A stretch of 64,000 bases of DNA from a plasmid. Positions 39,205 through 49,326 of the stretch are shown here, piece after piece. The position numbers and the translations under genes are program-made. Below the pieces are notes generated by a model, which was not told the DNA's origin, searched no databases, and saw only the letters and a program-made list of their open reading frames with translations. Every line of letters begins with the position of its first letter. Position 1 is the stretch's first letter. The stretch lies in sequence record NZ_CP023785.1; one strand, given 5' to 3'.

Positions 39205-39701
39205 AAAAGTGTATATAAAAAGCTATAAAATAAGCTAAATAGGATATTTGTCAAATGAAGTTGGTGAACAGAAAGAACTGTTTTCTTTCTGTTCATTTTT
39301 TTATTTTATTAGTAATGATTCCCCATGCCAAATCATGATCCGTAATTTAAAGTTATAAAAGCTTCGAAATCCATTGGCATTTCGTTGGAATACCTTGATA
39401 TGATTATTCAAATATAAAATATAGAGAGAAGAGAGAGAGGGAAGATATTTATAAAGGGCAAAGTTATGTTTACTCAACTTAGGAAATAGAAATAGATCAA
39501 TTTATATTCTCTTGTCAATCGAATATGAACCTTAGCACTATATACCAAATATAGTAAAATGCTGAAAGATGTATGGAATGGCAACAGTTTTTTTGACAAA
39601 TTTTATAAGGTGCAGAACTTCTTTCCGTATGCTATTCCGATTGTCCTTGACAATGAGCCTCCTCGGATGTGACGATCTTCGGCAGGAGCTAACAGTTAAA
39701 G

Positions 39702-40538
39702 TTAGACTGCCTCGCTAGCGTTAGCACATCCGAGCTCATTATCAAGGATTCGCTGCGCCAATCTCTGGTTACGGTAACCAACCGGTGTCTCGTAGCCAAG
39801 TGTACCGTGCAACCGAAGGTGGTTCCACCAATTGACATAGTCAAATAACTCCAAATCCAATTGTTGTAAGGTTTCAAATGTGTATTGATAGACAAATTCT
39901 ACTTTCAACGACTTATAAGTTGATTCAGCTACGGCATTATCAAAAGGACAGCCTTTATGACTCAATGATCGATTGATGTCAAAAGTTGTTAATAATTCAT
40001 CAATAGCTTGGTTATCAAACTCTTTTCCACGATCAGTATGAAAAATCTCAACCTCTGTCAGAGGTTGTTTGATACGGCTAAATGCTTTTTTTACTAGAAC
40101 GGCATCTTTATGTTCTCCACAAGAATAGCCGAGAATTTCTCGATTGAACAGATCCAAAATGAAACAGACATAATTCCATTTTTTCCCGACTCGTACATAA
40201 GTCAAGTCTGTTACGATCGCTTCTAATGGGTTGTCTCTTAAGAATTTACGATTCAATACGTTTGTCGTTTTGGCTTCATTGCAAGTAGAATGATGTACTT
40301 TAAAATAAGCAACAGTATAGCTCGATTTTAATCCTCTATTTTTCATGATTCTACTAATTTTTCGTCGGCTGATCTGAATGCCTCGTTTTGATAAGGCTTT
40401 TTTTATTTTTCTTGAGCCGTAGGCCTTTCGGCTGCGGATAAATTCTTCAGCGACTACTTCTTCAAGTTCTGATTCGTCTTTCTTTGGTTTTGATTGATAA
40501 TAATAGGACTGACGTGATAGACCTAATATTCTGCACAT
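39702..40538 (-). CDS. IS3-family transposase OrfB (278 aa)
   Basis: DDE rve core with HTDRGKEFDNQ. Confidence 0.9.
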   Translation of the reverse strand: MCRILGLSRQSYYYQSKPKKDESELEEVVAEEFIRSRKAYGSRKIKKALSKRGIQISRRKISRIMKNRGLKSSYTVAYFKVHHSTCNEAKTTNVLNRKFLRDNPLEAIVTDLTYVRVGKKWNYVCFILDLFNREILGYSCGEHKDAVLVKKAFSRIKQPLTEVEIFHTDRGKEFDNQAIDELLTTFDINRSLSHKGCPFDNAVAESTYKSLKVEFVYQYTFETLQQLDLELFDYVNWWNHLRLHGTLGYETPVGYRNQRLAQRILDNELGCANASEAV

Positions 40539-40573
40539 CGCTGATATAGGGTAAAGATGCTTATTCGCATCGA

Positions 40574-40903
40574 TTACTTGTCTCTTCGTCCGAATATCAG
40601 CGCTGCTTGCTTTAAAATATCATTTTCCATTTCTAATTGCTGGTTTCTTTTACGTAGTTCTAACAATTCTTTTTGTTCAGGCGTAAGATTATCTTTTTCT
40701 TTGAATGAACCACTCGTTTTAGATTGCTTTACCCATTTGTCAAATGCTGAAGCCGTTAGTTCATATTCTCGAATGATTTCTACACGTGGCTTTCCAGCTA
40801 AGTAAAGATTGACGATTTGTTGCTTGAATTCTTGTGAAAAAGTTCTTCGTGTTCTCTTAGACATAAAAATTCCTCCTGGTATGTTTTCTTCTAGTCTACA
40901 CAC
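40574..40903 (-). CDS. IS3-family transposase OrfA (109 aa)
   Basis: HTH plus the leucine zipper LTPEQKELLELRKRNQQLEMENDILKQAALI. Confidence 0.9.
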   Translation of the reverse strand: MCRLEENIPGGIFMSKRTRRTFSQEFKQQIVNLYLAGKPRVEIIREYELTASAFDKWVKQSKTSGSFKEKDNLTPEQKELLELRKRNQQLEMENDILKQAALIFGRRDK

Positions 40904-41129
40904 CTTAATTTTTCTGTCTAGTTAATTGTAGCCTATCCAAGCTAAGTGGGGGTAGTTCACTAAAACATATAAGTTGAAATGAGCAGCATTTTTGATAAAA
41001 TAGTACTCGTAAACGTCCATACTATAGACTTTTTAGGTACTGTCCGTTAGTGAAGTTTCAGAATAAGAAAGTCATAAAAATCGACACCGTGTCAACCAAC
41101 TTAACAGAGTATCGGTTTTCTATAATTGT

Positions 41130-41640
41130 TTAAAAAGAAGTTATTTTTTTGCCAACCTTAAACAATCTATAACACCAGCTTGATCCCTTAATTTTGGAAA
41201 AAAATTTCGGAAGATTAACATAATTATTCATAATTTTAGTAAATTCGCGGTGAATTTTCTTTTGCAAGTGTATCTGTTTCATTACACCGCACCCTAGAAG
41301 AATATCTGGTGAAAACATCATTGTAGTATTATAAATGCATTGTGCAACATAAAAAGCTTCAATTTCCTAAAAAGGATGATCTTCAGGTAAATCTTGACCT
41401 TTAATAGTTCGTCGAGCGAGGCGTGAATATGGCAATCGCTTTTTTAGAATTAAATTTTCTTCGAGTTGATCATTTCGTTTTTGTAGCTGTTTCATCTGAT
41501 GAGCCGTAAGGAACGTGTCATCGTCAATTTTTACTTCATAATATTTTTTACCCAACGCGCAATCGAAGAAAGAGCGATGCTGTAATCCTATATAAAGCAT
41601 TTTGAGTTTTACCACTTTCGTGAAGTTTAACAATGGATTT
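41130..41640 (-). pseudogene. degenerate remnants: ROK fructokinase C-terminal fragment fused to an IS3 orfA-like fragment
   Basis: ...MMFSPDILLGCGVMKQIHLQ... parallels the scrK C-terminus (LMFSPDVIIFGGGVMKQRHML). The upstream part, LTAHQMKQLQKRNDQLEENLILKK, parallels the IS3 OrfA zipper. Frames are broken. Confidence 0.5.
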
Positions 41641-41981
41641 TGTGAACTATCCTCACTTAACTAAACTTAACAGTTCTTAACGCTTAAAGTGGTAGTTTTT
41701 ATTAGTAATTGATAGTAGTTAACATGATTTTGATATTTACGAAGAAAATGATATGCAAACCAGTCCGATTTTACTACAAAAGAAATATATTCGTATTTTT
41801 TAGCTCCTTGCTGACGATCAACATTTCTTTAGATGAGACGTTGGGATATTTTATAAATCATTCACATATGAGTTAGACAGTCAATGCATATCAGATATGC
41901 ATTGTAGAACGGATTAAAATATCGTGGATGAAATTATAGATGAATTAAAGGAGACAATTAGGAATTTATGGAGGTAATATA

Positions 41982-42500
41982 ATGAGAACATATAAAAATA
42001 AAGAAGAATTAAAAAAAGAAATAAATAGGACTTATACTAAATATATTTTAGAATTTGAAACTATTCCTGAAGAATTGAAGGATAAAAGAGTTGAGGAAGT
42101 GGATAGAACACCTGCTGAAAATTTAGCATATCAAGTTGGTTGGACGAATTTAATTCTAAAATGGGAAAATGATGAAAGAAATGGATTATCTGTTAAAACG
42201 CCTTCTGATCAATTTAAATGGAATCAGTTAGGAGAGTTATATAAGTGGTTTACAAATACCTATGCACATCTACCATTGAAAGAATTAGAGGAAATTCTCA
42301 ATCGTAATATTGATGATATTAACATGATGATTGATTCAATGAGTGATGAAGATCTATTCACTGCACACAAAAGAAAATGGGCAGACGAGGCAACCAAAAC
42401 GGCTGTATGGGAAGTATATAAATTTATTCATGTAAATACAGTTGCTCCATTTGGGACTTTTAGAACAAAGATAAGAAAATGGAAGAGATTAGCTTTGTAA
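41982..42500 (+). CDS. ClbS/DfsB-family four-helix-bundle protein (DUF1706)
   Basis: 172 aa. The pattern VGW..L.LKWE...G..V..P...FKWN.LG.LY..F...Y....L.EL...L......M........LF......W...TK....W......NTVAPF...R.KIRKW matches the family by recall. Confidence 0.6.
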   Translation: MRTYKNKEELKKEINRTYTKYILEFETIPEELKDKRVEEVDRTPAENLAYQVGWTNLILKWENDERNGLSVKTPSDQFKWNQLGELYKWFTNTYAHLPLKELEEILNRNIDDINMMIDSMSDEDLFTAHKRKWADEATKTAVWEVYKFIHVNTVAPFGTFRTKIRKWKRLAL

Positions 42501-43507
42501 ATTCCCGTTTACTGCTAAGCAATTGTGGAAAGGAGACCTCTTGTATGTTAACAGTAAGAACATACGACTACATAAGTTCTTTGCTAACTGCCGGTTTTTA
42601 TTGGGTGAATGCAAGTGCACTCCCCTAGAATGCCGTAGAGGGTGCATCGTTAGATTGTATCAATTTTGGTTGGCCAACAGATAAACCATGACTCACTTCG
42701 ATAAAATGAGATTATGGTGCCATATCCGCTACAAAGGGACTTAGGAGACTAGCAGGGGAAAGATTTTTTTATTTTTGGGATGTTTTTCAGACCGCCGATA
42801 GTACCGACAATTCCCTTTAAATATGGAATCTCAACAACCCACATGAAGGGTAAGGCAAGTCCGGTAATTATATCTTCTGACTTTGGGTTAGGAAGAATTG
42901 AAATTGTTAAGAACGATTCAACGCTTATGGTTTATAATTTGGAGATAGCCTTTGTTAATATGCTAAAGCCAACATACGATACAGATTTTGAGCAGTTTAT
43001 TCTAACCATCAAAGGGTATGTGGCCTATCGCCTATCCTATTACTGATACTGAAGAGATCTTAAATAAATTCTATACGGGATTTGAAGATCCTGAAGGTGA
43101 AATCGTCATTTATCAGAATAAATAAATCAAATAGTAGAAGTTCAAAGAATGAGGGGAACATTAGTTTTTATTGCTTAGTTTAATCCCAGTACCGATTTCT
43201 GCAAGATGTAAAAGGTCTTTCATTTCATAAGTTTTCAGAAGCAAGTTCATACGCACTAACTCACTTTCGATTGAGTAGCAATCGTCAACAAACTTTACTA
43301 TCAGCTGTTATTTTTATTCTTTCGTGTTATCTAAATACCATCAATTTATAAGTTGTAGGTGTATTTAATAAAAGAACAAATAACTTTAGTATTTTTATTA
43401 ATCTAACTTACAAACTAGTAGTATAGGGGTAAATTTGCGATTATTCATAAATATACCAAGTAAAAGTATAGGGTATAGTAAAAATATGATAAAATAAATA
43501 GTCGTTA

Positions 43508-43552
43508 TCTTAATCCAACTATATAGAAAATTTACGTTTTCTATATAGTTGG
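43508..43552. repeat. perfect 18-bp inverted repeat atccaactatatagaaaa-ttacg-ttttctatatagttggat
   Basis: Read directly. It shares the core TATATAGAAA with a second IR at ~44322-44363 (aattatatagaaag-attgtt-ctttctatataatt). Confidence 0.5.
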
Positions 43553-43725
43553 ATGTTTACAAGTTATATCTGGTTTAATAAGTTTTTTTCTGTTAGTCAT
43601 GGCATGTTTTATTGTGCTGGTTCATCAATATATTGAAATGTACTAAAATGAAATTTTCAGTTATGGTATAATATTTATGCTGTCTGCTACCCCGGCCTAT
43701 TATGGCAAGGGGAGGAGGTTGTATT

Positions 43726-43842
43726 ATGAATTACCTTTTCGATATGTTTTTTGCAATCTTAGCAGAAGTATCCGCGCATTACATCTGTAAATGGCTTGAT
43801 TGCAAAATTATTGCCAAAAAAGACAGTAAGCCTACCCGTTAA
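43726..43842 (+). CDS. Fst/Ldr-like type I toxin peptide (38 aa, MNYLFDMFFAILAEVSAHYICKWLDCKIIAKKDSKPTR)
   Basis: It has a strong GGGGAGGAGG RBS and an upstream TGgTATAAT extended -10 with a structured 5-prime UTR. A hydrophobic helix is followed by a WLD motif and a charged tail, resembling Fst-family toxins. Confidence 0.5.
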   Translation: MNYLFDMFFAILAEVSAHYICKWLDCKIIAKKDSKPTR

Positions 43843-43861
43843 TCTGAATAGAACGTAAAAG

Positions 43862-43892
43862 AAAACCACTAGCCCGCCAGCTAGTGGTTTTT
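43862..43892. terminator. bidirectional rho-independent terminator (aaaaccactagc-ccgcc-agctagtggtttttgg) with T/A runs on both strands
   Basis: Read directly. It sits between the toxin ORF and the convergent antisense promoter. Confidence 0.6.
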
Positions 43893-43925
43893 GGTGTATC
43901 ATGAATTACCTTTTCGTTAAAACAA
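43893..43925 (-). ncRNA. candidate RNA II-type antitoxin sRNA (convergent to toxin mRNA; contains complement of the toxin start region via direct repeat atgaattaccttttcg at 43901-43916)
   Basis: The minus-strand promoter is TTGTAT-16-TGgTATAAT (forward coords ~43925-43952). The transcript would run through the direct-repeat copy into the shared terminator. Confidence 0.4.
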
Positions 43926-44575
43926 TTATACCATATTTCCTAAAAAATACAATTAATAGACGAATTATCATTACCACTTTGATGAAAAAAGCTGACATAA
44001 ATTTTTCTTTTATTTTTATAATGAATAAACATTTATCAATAAGCTTTTGAAAGGCAGGATCGTACTTTGTTGATGATTGAGATATTGCTACATCAATCTC
44101 AGCAGTTAAGATTTTTTTGAATTGTTGCTTGAATTTTTTCTTTATCTAAAAAAATTGTATCTCCAGGATGCAACCCATTTTCTTTAAGAAATTCCTTTTA
44201 AATTGTTAATACTACTGAGTGCCCCACTTCTCTGAATTTTCTTTAACTTCTCCCTCCCCTTTTTTATTTGTATATACATTCATATACGCTTGTTAATATC
44301 AAATCAACCGTAGTCTCTCTTATGTCTAATTATATAGAAAGATTGTTCTTTCTATATAATTTAGACAATTTAAAAAATTAAGATTGCCTCCTTCTGTTTC
44401 CTTTCCTATTCATGTATACCATTTATTTTAAATTATTAAATCTATACCTATTTATCTGCTTTTTTGAAATAAATTAATAAATTTCAGAGTATACCAATTG
44501 ACAAAACACTCTATAATTGGTATAGTCCAATTATAGAGATACTCCTCTCCCCTACTTATCGAAAGGATGAATAAC

Positions 44576-45661
44576 ATGAAAAATACAGAAATATATCAAA
44601 AAATAGATACAATCATACTTCATATGCCCGATTATATAAAAGATTTTGTTCAAGATCGTGAGGATAAAGATCAATCACCTCGAACTACTTTAGAATATCT
44701 AAAAAATTATAAGCTCTTTTATGAATGGCTTCTGAGTGAGTCTATCGTTCCCGATACTTCAATCACCTCGATAAGACAGTTAACTGCCTATGATCTAAAC
44801 TTGTACAAATCTCATTTGAAACGTCGCACAAAGGAAAATGTAAAAAAAGAGACAACAAAAACTAAGCTCAAAGATAATAATAACTTAGGTCTATCTACTT
44901 CTACTATCAATAGAAATATCACAGCATTAAAGGTTCTATTTAAATATCTTTCGAAAAGTTCCAATAATCCTTTAGGAAAACCATACTTAGAAAATAATCC
45001 TATGGATCAAGTAGCAACTATCACAGATAAAACTACGTTAGCTGCCCGTGCAAACGCAATCGAGAAAAAATTATTTCTAGACGAAGATACACAAAATTAT
45101 CTAGATTATATTGCCAATGAATATAAAAAAACTTTGAGCAAACGAGCTTTGATCTATTATCAACGAGATGTAGAAAGAGACCTGGCGATCAATGCATTGA
45201 TTTTAGGATCTGGATTAAGACTCTCCGAGGTTGTAAATATTAATTTAGAGGACCTATCTTTAGAAAAGAATAATGTGGTAGTAACTAGAAAAGGAAATAA
45301 GAGAGACGCAGTAAATATAGCAGCATTTGCAATGGAATATTTAGCTAATTATCTAGCTATTCGGAAAGAACGATACAAAGTAACAGAAAACGAAAAAGCT
45401 TTATTTCTAGCAATTTATCAAGGAGAAGCCAAGCGTATATCCGGTATTGCAATCGAACGGATGGTAGCAAAATATTCAAAAGGATTCAGAGTCCAAGTCA
45501 GTCCACATAAATTACGTCATACTTTGGCTACTAGACTCTATCAACAGACAAATTCATTGGTATTAACTGCCCAACAATTGGGACATACAAGTACAAATAC
45601 AACAACTTTATATACTCATATAGACAATGCAGCTACAATTGATGCTTTGAACGCTTTGTAA
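44576..45661 (+). CDS. tyrosine recombinase (XerC/XerD-like, ~362 aa)
   Basis: The C-terminal catalytic motifs LRHTLATRLYQQT, LGHTSTNTTTLYTH with R-H-R-Y are present. The internal ATG start has an AAAGGA RBS. Confidence 0.8.
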   Translation: MKNTEIYQKIDTIILHMPDYIKDFVQDREDKDQSPRTTLEYLKNYKLFYEWLLSESIVPDTSITSIRQLTAYDLNLYKSHLKRRTKENVKKETTKTKLKDNNNLGLSTSTINRNITALKVLFKYLSKSSNNPLGKPYLENNPMDQVATITDKTTLAARANAIEKKLFLDEDTQNYLDYIANEYKKTLSKRALIYYQRDVERDLAINALILGSGLRLSEVVNINLEDLSLEKNNVVVTRKGNKRDAVNIAAFAMEYLANYLAIRKERYKVTENEKALFLAIYQGEAKRISGIAIERMVAKYSKGFRVQVSPHKLRHTLATRLYQQTNSLVLTAQQLGHTSTNTTTLYTHIDNAATIDALNAL

Positions 45662-45756
45662 ATGTAGTAAAAAATAGTATAATAATGAAGCCTGTCTCTA
45701 AAATTAGATAAAAGCCCAACTTTAAAGGCAAGCTTCATTATCATTTTTATATTATA

Positions 45757-46825
45757 TTATTTGTCAAATTAAGCGAGACAAAACTTTCCATTTACGTAAC
45801 TCAAAAAAACTTCTAATGGTGTTTGGTAATTTAGTGATTTTCTAGGGATATGGTTTCTTTTGGACGCAACGGATGAGATGAATCCTTGATTGACTTGGTT
45901 GAATTCCATTTCTTTTGGTAGTCCATCTTTTCGGAGGAGTCCGTTTGAATGTTCATTTAATCCCCGTTGGGAAGGCGTTCCTGGGTCTGCGAAATAAATA
46001 TCAATATCATTCGTATTACTAATACTTTTCCAATTAGAGAATTCTTTTCCACAATCAAAGGTAATTGATTTGAAAAGATTTTTGGGTACGGATTGAAGCC
46101 ATTCATTAATCGAATTTTCAATATCAACTGCCTTACGGCCTTCTGGTTTCAAGGCGATAATGGCTTTTGAAAGTCGCTCAACGAGTGTGATGACGGCACT
46201 TTTATGGTGGATGCCGACAATCGTATCACCCTCTAAATGTCCAAATTCTTCTTCGAAAACGACATAATCTTTTTTACGTTCAGAAATATTTCTTTTGAAT
46301 GCCTGTTTTCCACGTTTTTCCTTATAACCATTTGGTTTTCGTTTTCCTTGCATCGGTAAATGTAAAACATTGAATTCTCCCGTCTTAAACCGGCGATAGA
46401 GGGTACTTACTGAACAAGAGAAGGTTCGCTCTGCACGGCCAATAATGACGTCTGGGGTCCAACCTTCAGTTGATCTTTTTTCAATGTATTCTTTTTCCTC
46501 AGCAGGAAAAATGATTTCGGTTCTCCCACAACGTCGCTTATTTTCTTTGTATTGTTCAAAGTATTCAAGTGCTGTTCCACCACATTTGAGAAAGTTATAG
46601 ACATTGTAAATTGTTTGGCGTCCACGTTTAAGCTGCTTCGCAACGATAGCAACCGGAGTTTCTTGATGAAAATATGCTTCTATCATTACAAGCTCGTTTG
46701 GTGTAAGATGGGTATAAGTCATTTATGTTCACTCTCCTTGTATGCTTTAGCGGGTATTACAATTTGAGTGTAACATAAATGGCTTTTTTATTTGTCTCGC
46801 TTAATTATACAAACGGCGATACTTA
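45757..46825 (-). mobile_element. IS30-family insertion sequence, copy 2 (identical to copy 1)
   Basis: It has the same IRs and the same transposase (45769..46722). Confidence 0.85.
45769..46722 (-). CDS. IS30-family transposase (317 aa)
   Basis: Identical to 8474..9427. Confidence 0.9.
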   Translation of the reverse strand: MTYTHLTPNELVMIEAYFHQETPVAIVAKQLKRGRQTIYNVYNFLKCGGTALEYFEQYKENKRRCGRTEIIFPAEEKEYIEKRSTEGWTPDVIIGRAERTFSCSVSTLYRRFKTGEFNVLHLPMQGKRKPNGYKEKRGKQAFKRNISERKKDYVVFEEEFGHLEGDTIVGIHHKSAVITLVERLSKAIIALKPEGRKAVDIENSINEWLQSVPKNLFKSITFDCGKEFSNWKSISNTNDIDIYFADPGTPSQRGLNEHSNGLLRKDGLPKEMEFNQVNQGFISSVASKRNHIPRKSLNYQTPLEVFLSYVNGKFCLA

Positions 46826-46852
46826 ACTACAGTTAGAAACATATAGGTAGTT

Positions 46853-47648
46853 CTAATCATTTTTTTCGCTTTTTAGCTTGGCATTATCATCTAATTTAAA
46901 GAATGGATAGTATATCAAAACATTTATTGCAATTGTTATTACTTGAATCACTGCACCACTTATTCGTCCACCAGAAGCTAAAAATCCGGCAATTATCGGT
47001 GGAGTTGTCCATGGGATTGTTGCTCCTACAGGTTTTGCAACTAATCCCATACTCATTGAAAAATAAGTAATTAATGTTGTTACTACTGGTGCAGTTACAA
47101 ATGGAATTAACATTTTTATATTTAATATAGTTGGAAACCCAAATAGAAGGGGCTCTGCTACTTGAAAACTTACTGGAGCGATTGATAACTTACCTAAAGT
47201 TTTATTTTCCTGACTCTTTGAAAAGAAAAATGTTAAAATGGCAAGTGCAAATAAACAACCTGCACCACCAGAAAAAACAAAGTTATATAAGAATTCATAA
47301 GTTATAATGTTAGGAAGTTCTTTTCCAGCTTGATAAGCAATTCTATTTACATCAGAGTTTTGCAATAATAACGGTTCAATTATTGGCCCCGTTACCTGTG
47401 CACCATGAATACCAAACATCCAAAAGAAACATTGAATAAGTATAACCAATATAATTCCTGGTAAAGTTTTCGTCAGTAAAGATAGTGGTTTTGCGAGTGT
47501 ATCTGCAATAAGAGCATGAACATTTTCAATTCCAAGTTTATAACAAATTACAACAACAATAAACCATAGTAGAACGACAAAAAAGCCAGGAATAATAGCA
47601 ACGAAAGCTCGGCTTACATTTGGTGGAACGCTTGCCGGCATTTTAATT
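46853..47648 (-). pseudogene. PTS lactose/cellobiose-family EIIC, C-terminal part (gene split by IS1380-family insertion)
   Basis: The genuine sequence resumes at ...IKMPASVPPNVSRAFVAIIPG... and upstream residues are IS-derived. The N-terminal part is at 49327..49787. Confidence 0.75.
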
Positions 47649-49326
47649 CCTGAATAATTCATACTTTTAATTAAAACCATGTGAAACTGCCTCACGGCAG
47701 CTTACAATTACTTTTTCATCTTCACCCGTTAAGTGATGAAAAAAGAACCCCTTTCTGCTATGGTTAAAGTGACTAAACCAACCAAAAGAAAGGAGTTCTT
47801 TTCATGACTAGCTTACACAAAAACCAAGTAAAATTCAATTCAAATATCACTATTTCTCATACAGGTGGTCAATTATCGAGTGATTCGGGTCTCGTCCTAG
47901 TGAAAGAGCTGATGAACATCTTTGGTTTTTCTGAACTGGCTAAGCAACACATTCACATTGAAGACAAACGAGCGTATTTTACTCATGACAACTTATCCAT
48001 ACTTGAGCAGTTCATTATGCAATTAATTGCTGGTTACTCAGCTGATTCTGCAGCTAATCTCCTGAGACAAGATCCTGTGTTTAAAGCTGTTTTAGATAGG
48101 AAAGAACTCGCTTCTCAATCTTCACTTTCCCGATTTTTAGATCGACTATCTGAGGAGAATATCCATGAACTTCAAGCTTTGAACCAAGAACTTATCGATA
48201 AAGCACGCCTCATCCGTAATGATACGGAATTAATCATTGATTTAGATTCGACCCATTCAGATACATTTGGTCACCAAGAACAAACGAATTATAATACACA
48301 CTACCAAACCTATGGTTACCATCCATTGGTAGCTTTTGACGGATTGACTGGTGACTTCTTAAAAGCTGAACTACGTTCAGGAAATCAATATACATCAAAA
48401 GGCGTAAAGGAGTTTCTCACACCTTTATTAGAGCACTATAATCACTCTCTACCAAACACTGACATCTTGGTTCGTGGAGACAGCGGGTTCGCTACACCTG
48501 GTGTGTATGATTCGTGTGAATCAAAAAAGAGTCATTATGTTATTCGACTGAAGAATAATCGTAGACTAGGTCAAATAGCTGAGAAATCAGTACTTTATGG
48601 CGATAATCAAAAGTGGGAAGAACGAGAAGTTCAGTACTTCTCGACCACTTATCAAGCACAATCCTGGTCACAAAGTCGTCGCGTGTGTATACGCTCAACA
48701 CGTGAAGCGGGCGAACTACTCTTTCGACATGAATTTATCGTGACGAATCTATCAGAAAATGTTTCTCCTGATACCATCTTTTCTATCTATGCCAAACGTG
48801 GCACAATGGAGAACTTCATTAAAGAAGCGAAAGCTGGCTTTTACTTTGACAAAACAGACAGTCCTCGCTTTTTGGAGAATCATGTCCGAATGATGCTCAG
48901 CTTGATAGCTTACAACTTAGTCAACTTCTTAAGAACGATTGGCTTTGAAGAAGTCCAAAAGGGAATGACCATTCATTCTATTCGATTGAAGTTTCTGAAA
49001 GTTGCTGGGAAATTAGTCCAAACGGGTAGACGAGTCTATCTCAAATTATCTAGTTATCATGTGTATCAGAATGAATTCTACAGGGTCTTTGCTCGCCTGA
49101 GGCGAGCCAGTCAATGGATCTAATCCAACAATCTAACGATTTTTTTACTGGGAAGTTATCCAGGGAGAAGTATGCTCAAAATGCCTTACACCCAAAATTT
49201 ATTCCTCAATATTTTTGAACAGTGAATGTTTGAAGTAACTTTTTAGTCAAAATCAGTTGATAGGGATATTAGTGATACATATTTCAATAAAATGTGCCAA
49301 AGAATTAAAGCTATGAATTATTCAGG
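47649..49326 (+). mobile_element. IS1380-family insertion sequence (1.68 kb) with perfect 15-bp IRs CCTGAATAATTCATA and flanking direct repeat TTAATT
   Basis: The IRs and duplication were read directly. It interrupts the PTS EIIC gene between ...KNITI and KMPAS.... Confidence 0.8.
47804..49123 (+). CDS. IS1380-family transposase (439 aa)
   Basis: Size and DDE-domain pattern fit the family. It lies between the perfect IRs. Confidence 0.7.
   Translation: MTSLHKNQVKFNSNITISHTGGQLSSDSGLVLVKELMNIFGFSELAKQHIHIEDKRAYFTHDNLSILEQFIMQLIAGYSADSAANLLRQDPVFKAVLDRKELASQSSLSRFLDRLSEENIHELQALNQELIDKARLIRNDTELIIDLDSTHSDTFGHQEQTNYNTHYQTYGYHPLVAFDGLTGDFLKAELRSGNQYTSKGVKEFLTPLLEHYNHSLPNTDILVRGDSGFATPGVYDSCESKKSHYVIRLKNNRRLGQIAEKSVLYGDNQKWEEREVQYFSTTYQAQSWSQSRRVCIRSTREAGELLFRHEFIVTNLSENVSPDTIFSIYAKRGTMENFIKEAKAGFYFDKTDSPRFLENHVRMMLSLIAYNLVNFLRTIGFEEVQKGMTIHSIRLKFLKVAGKLVQTGRRVYLKLSSYHVYQNEFYRVFARLRRASQWI

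Larger units (their letters stand above)
39574..40938 (-). mobile_element. IS3-family insertion sequence, copy 1 (~1.37 kb; ends TGGAATGGCAACAGTT ... AATTGTAGCCTATCCA)
   Basis: Its boundaries were defined by comparison with the near-identical copy at 55717..57082. It has imperfect terminal IRs with TG...CA ends and no TSD. Confidence 0.85.

Noticed and set aside
39689-39895. 68-aa ORF at IS3 end (and duplicate 55832..56038)
   Set aside because: It overlaps the orfB 3-prime end and the IS terminus in another frame and is a duplicate-by-IS artefact.
42530-43130. GC-richer structured segment and 88-aa ORF 42780..43046 with frameshifted continuation
   Set aside because: I considered a riboswitch/ncRNA or an Abi-like gene, but could not match any conserved RNA motif or protein family. 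The frames are broken (…LSYY* then TDTEEILNKFYTGFEDPEGEIVIYQNK in +1), so it is most likely gene debris.
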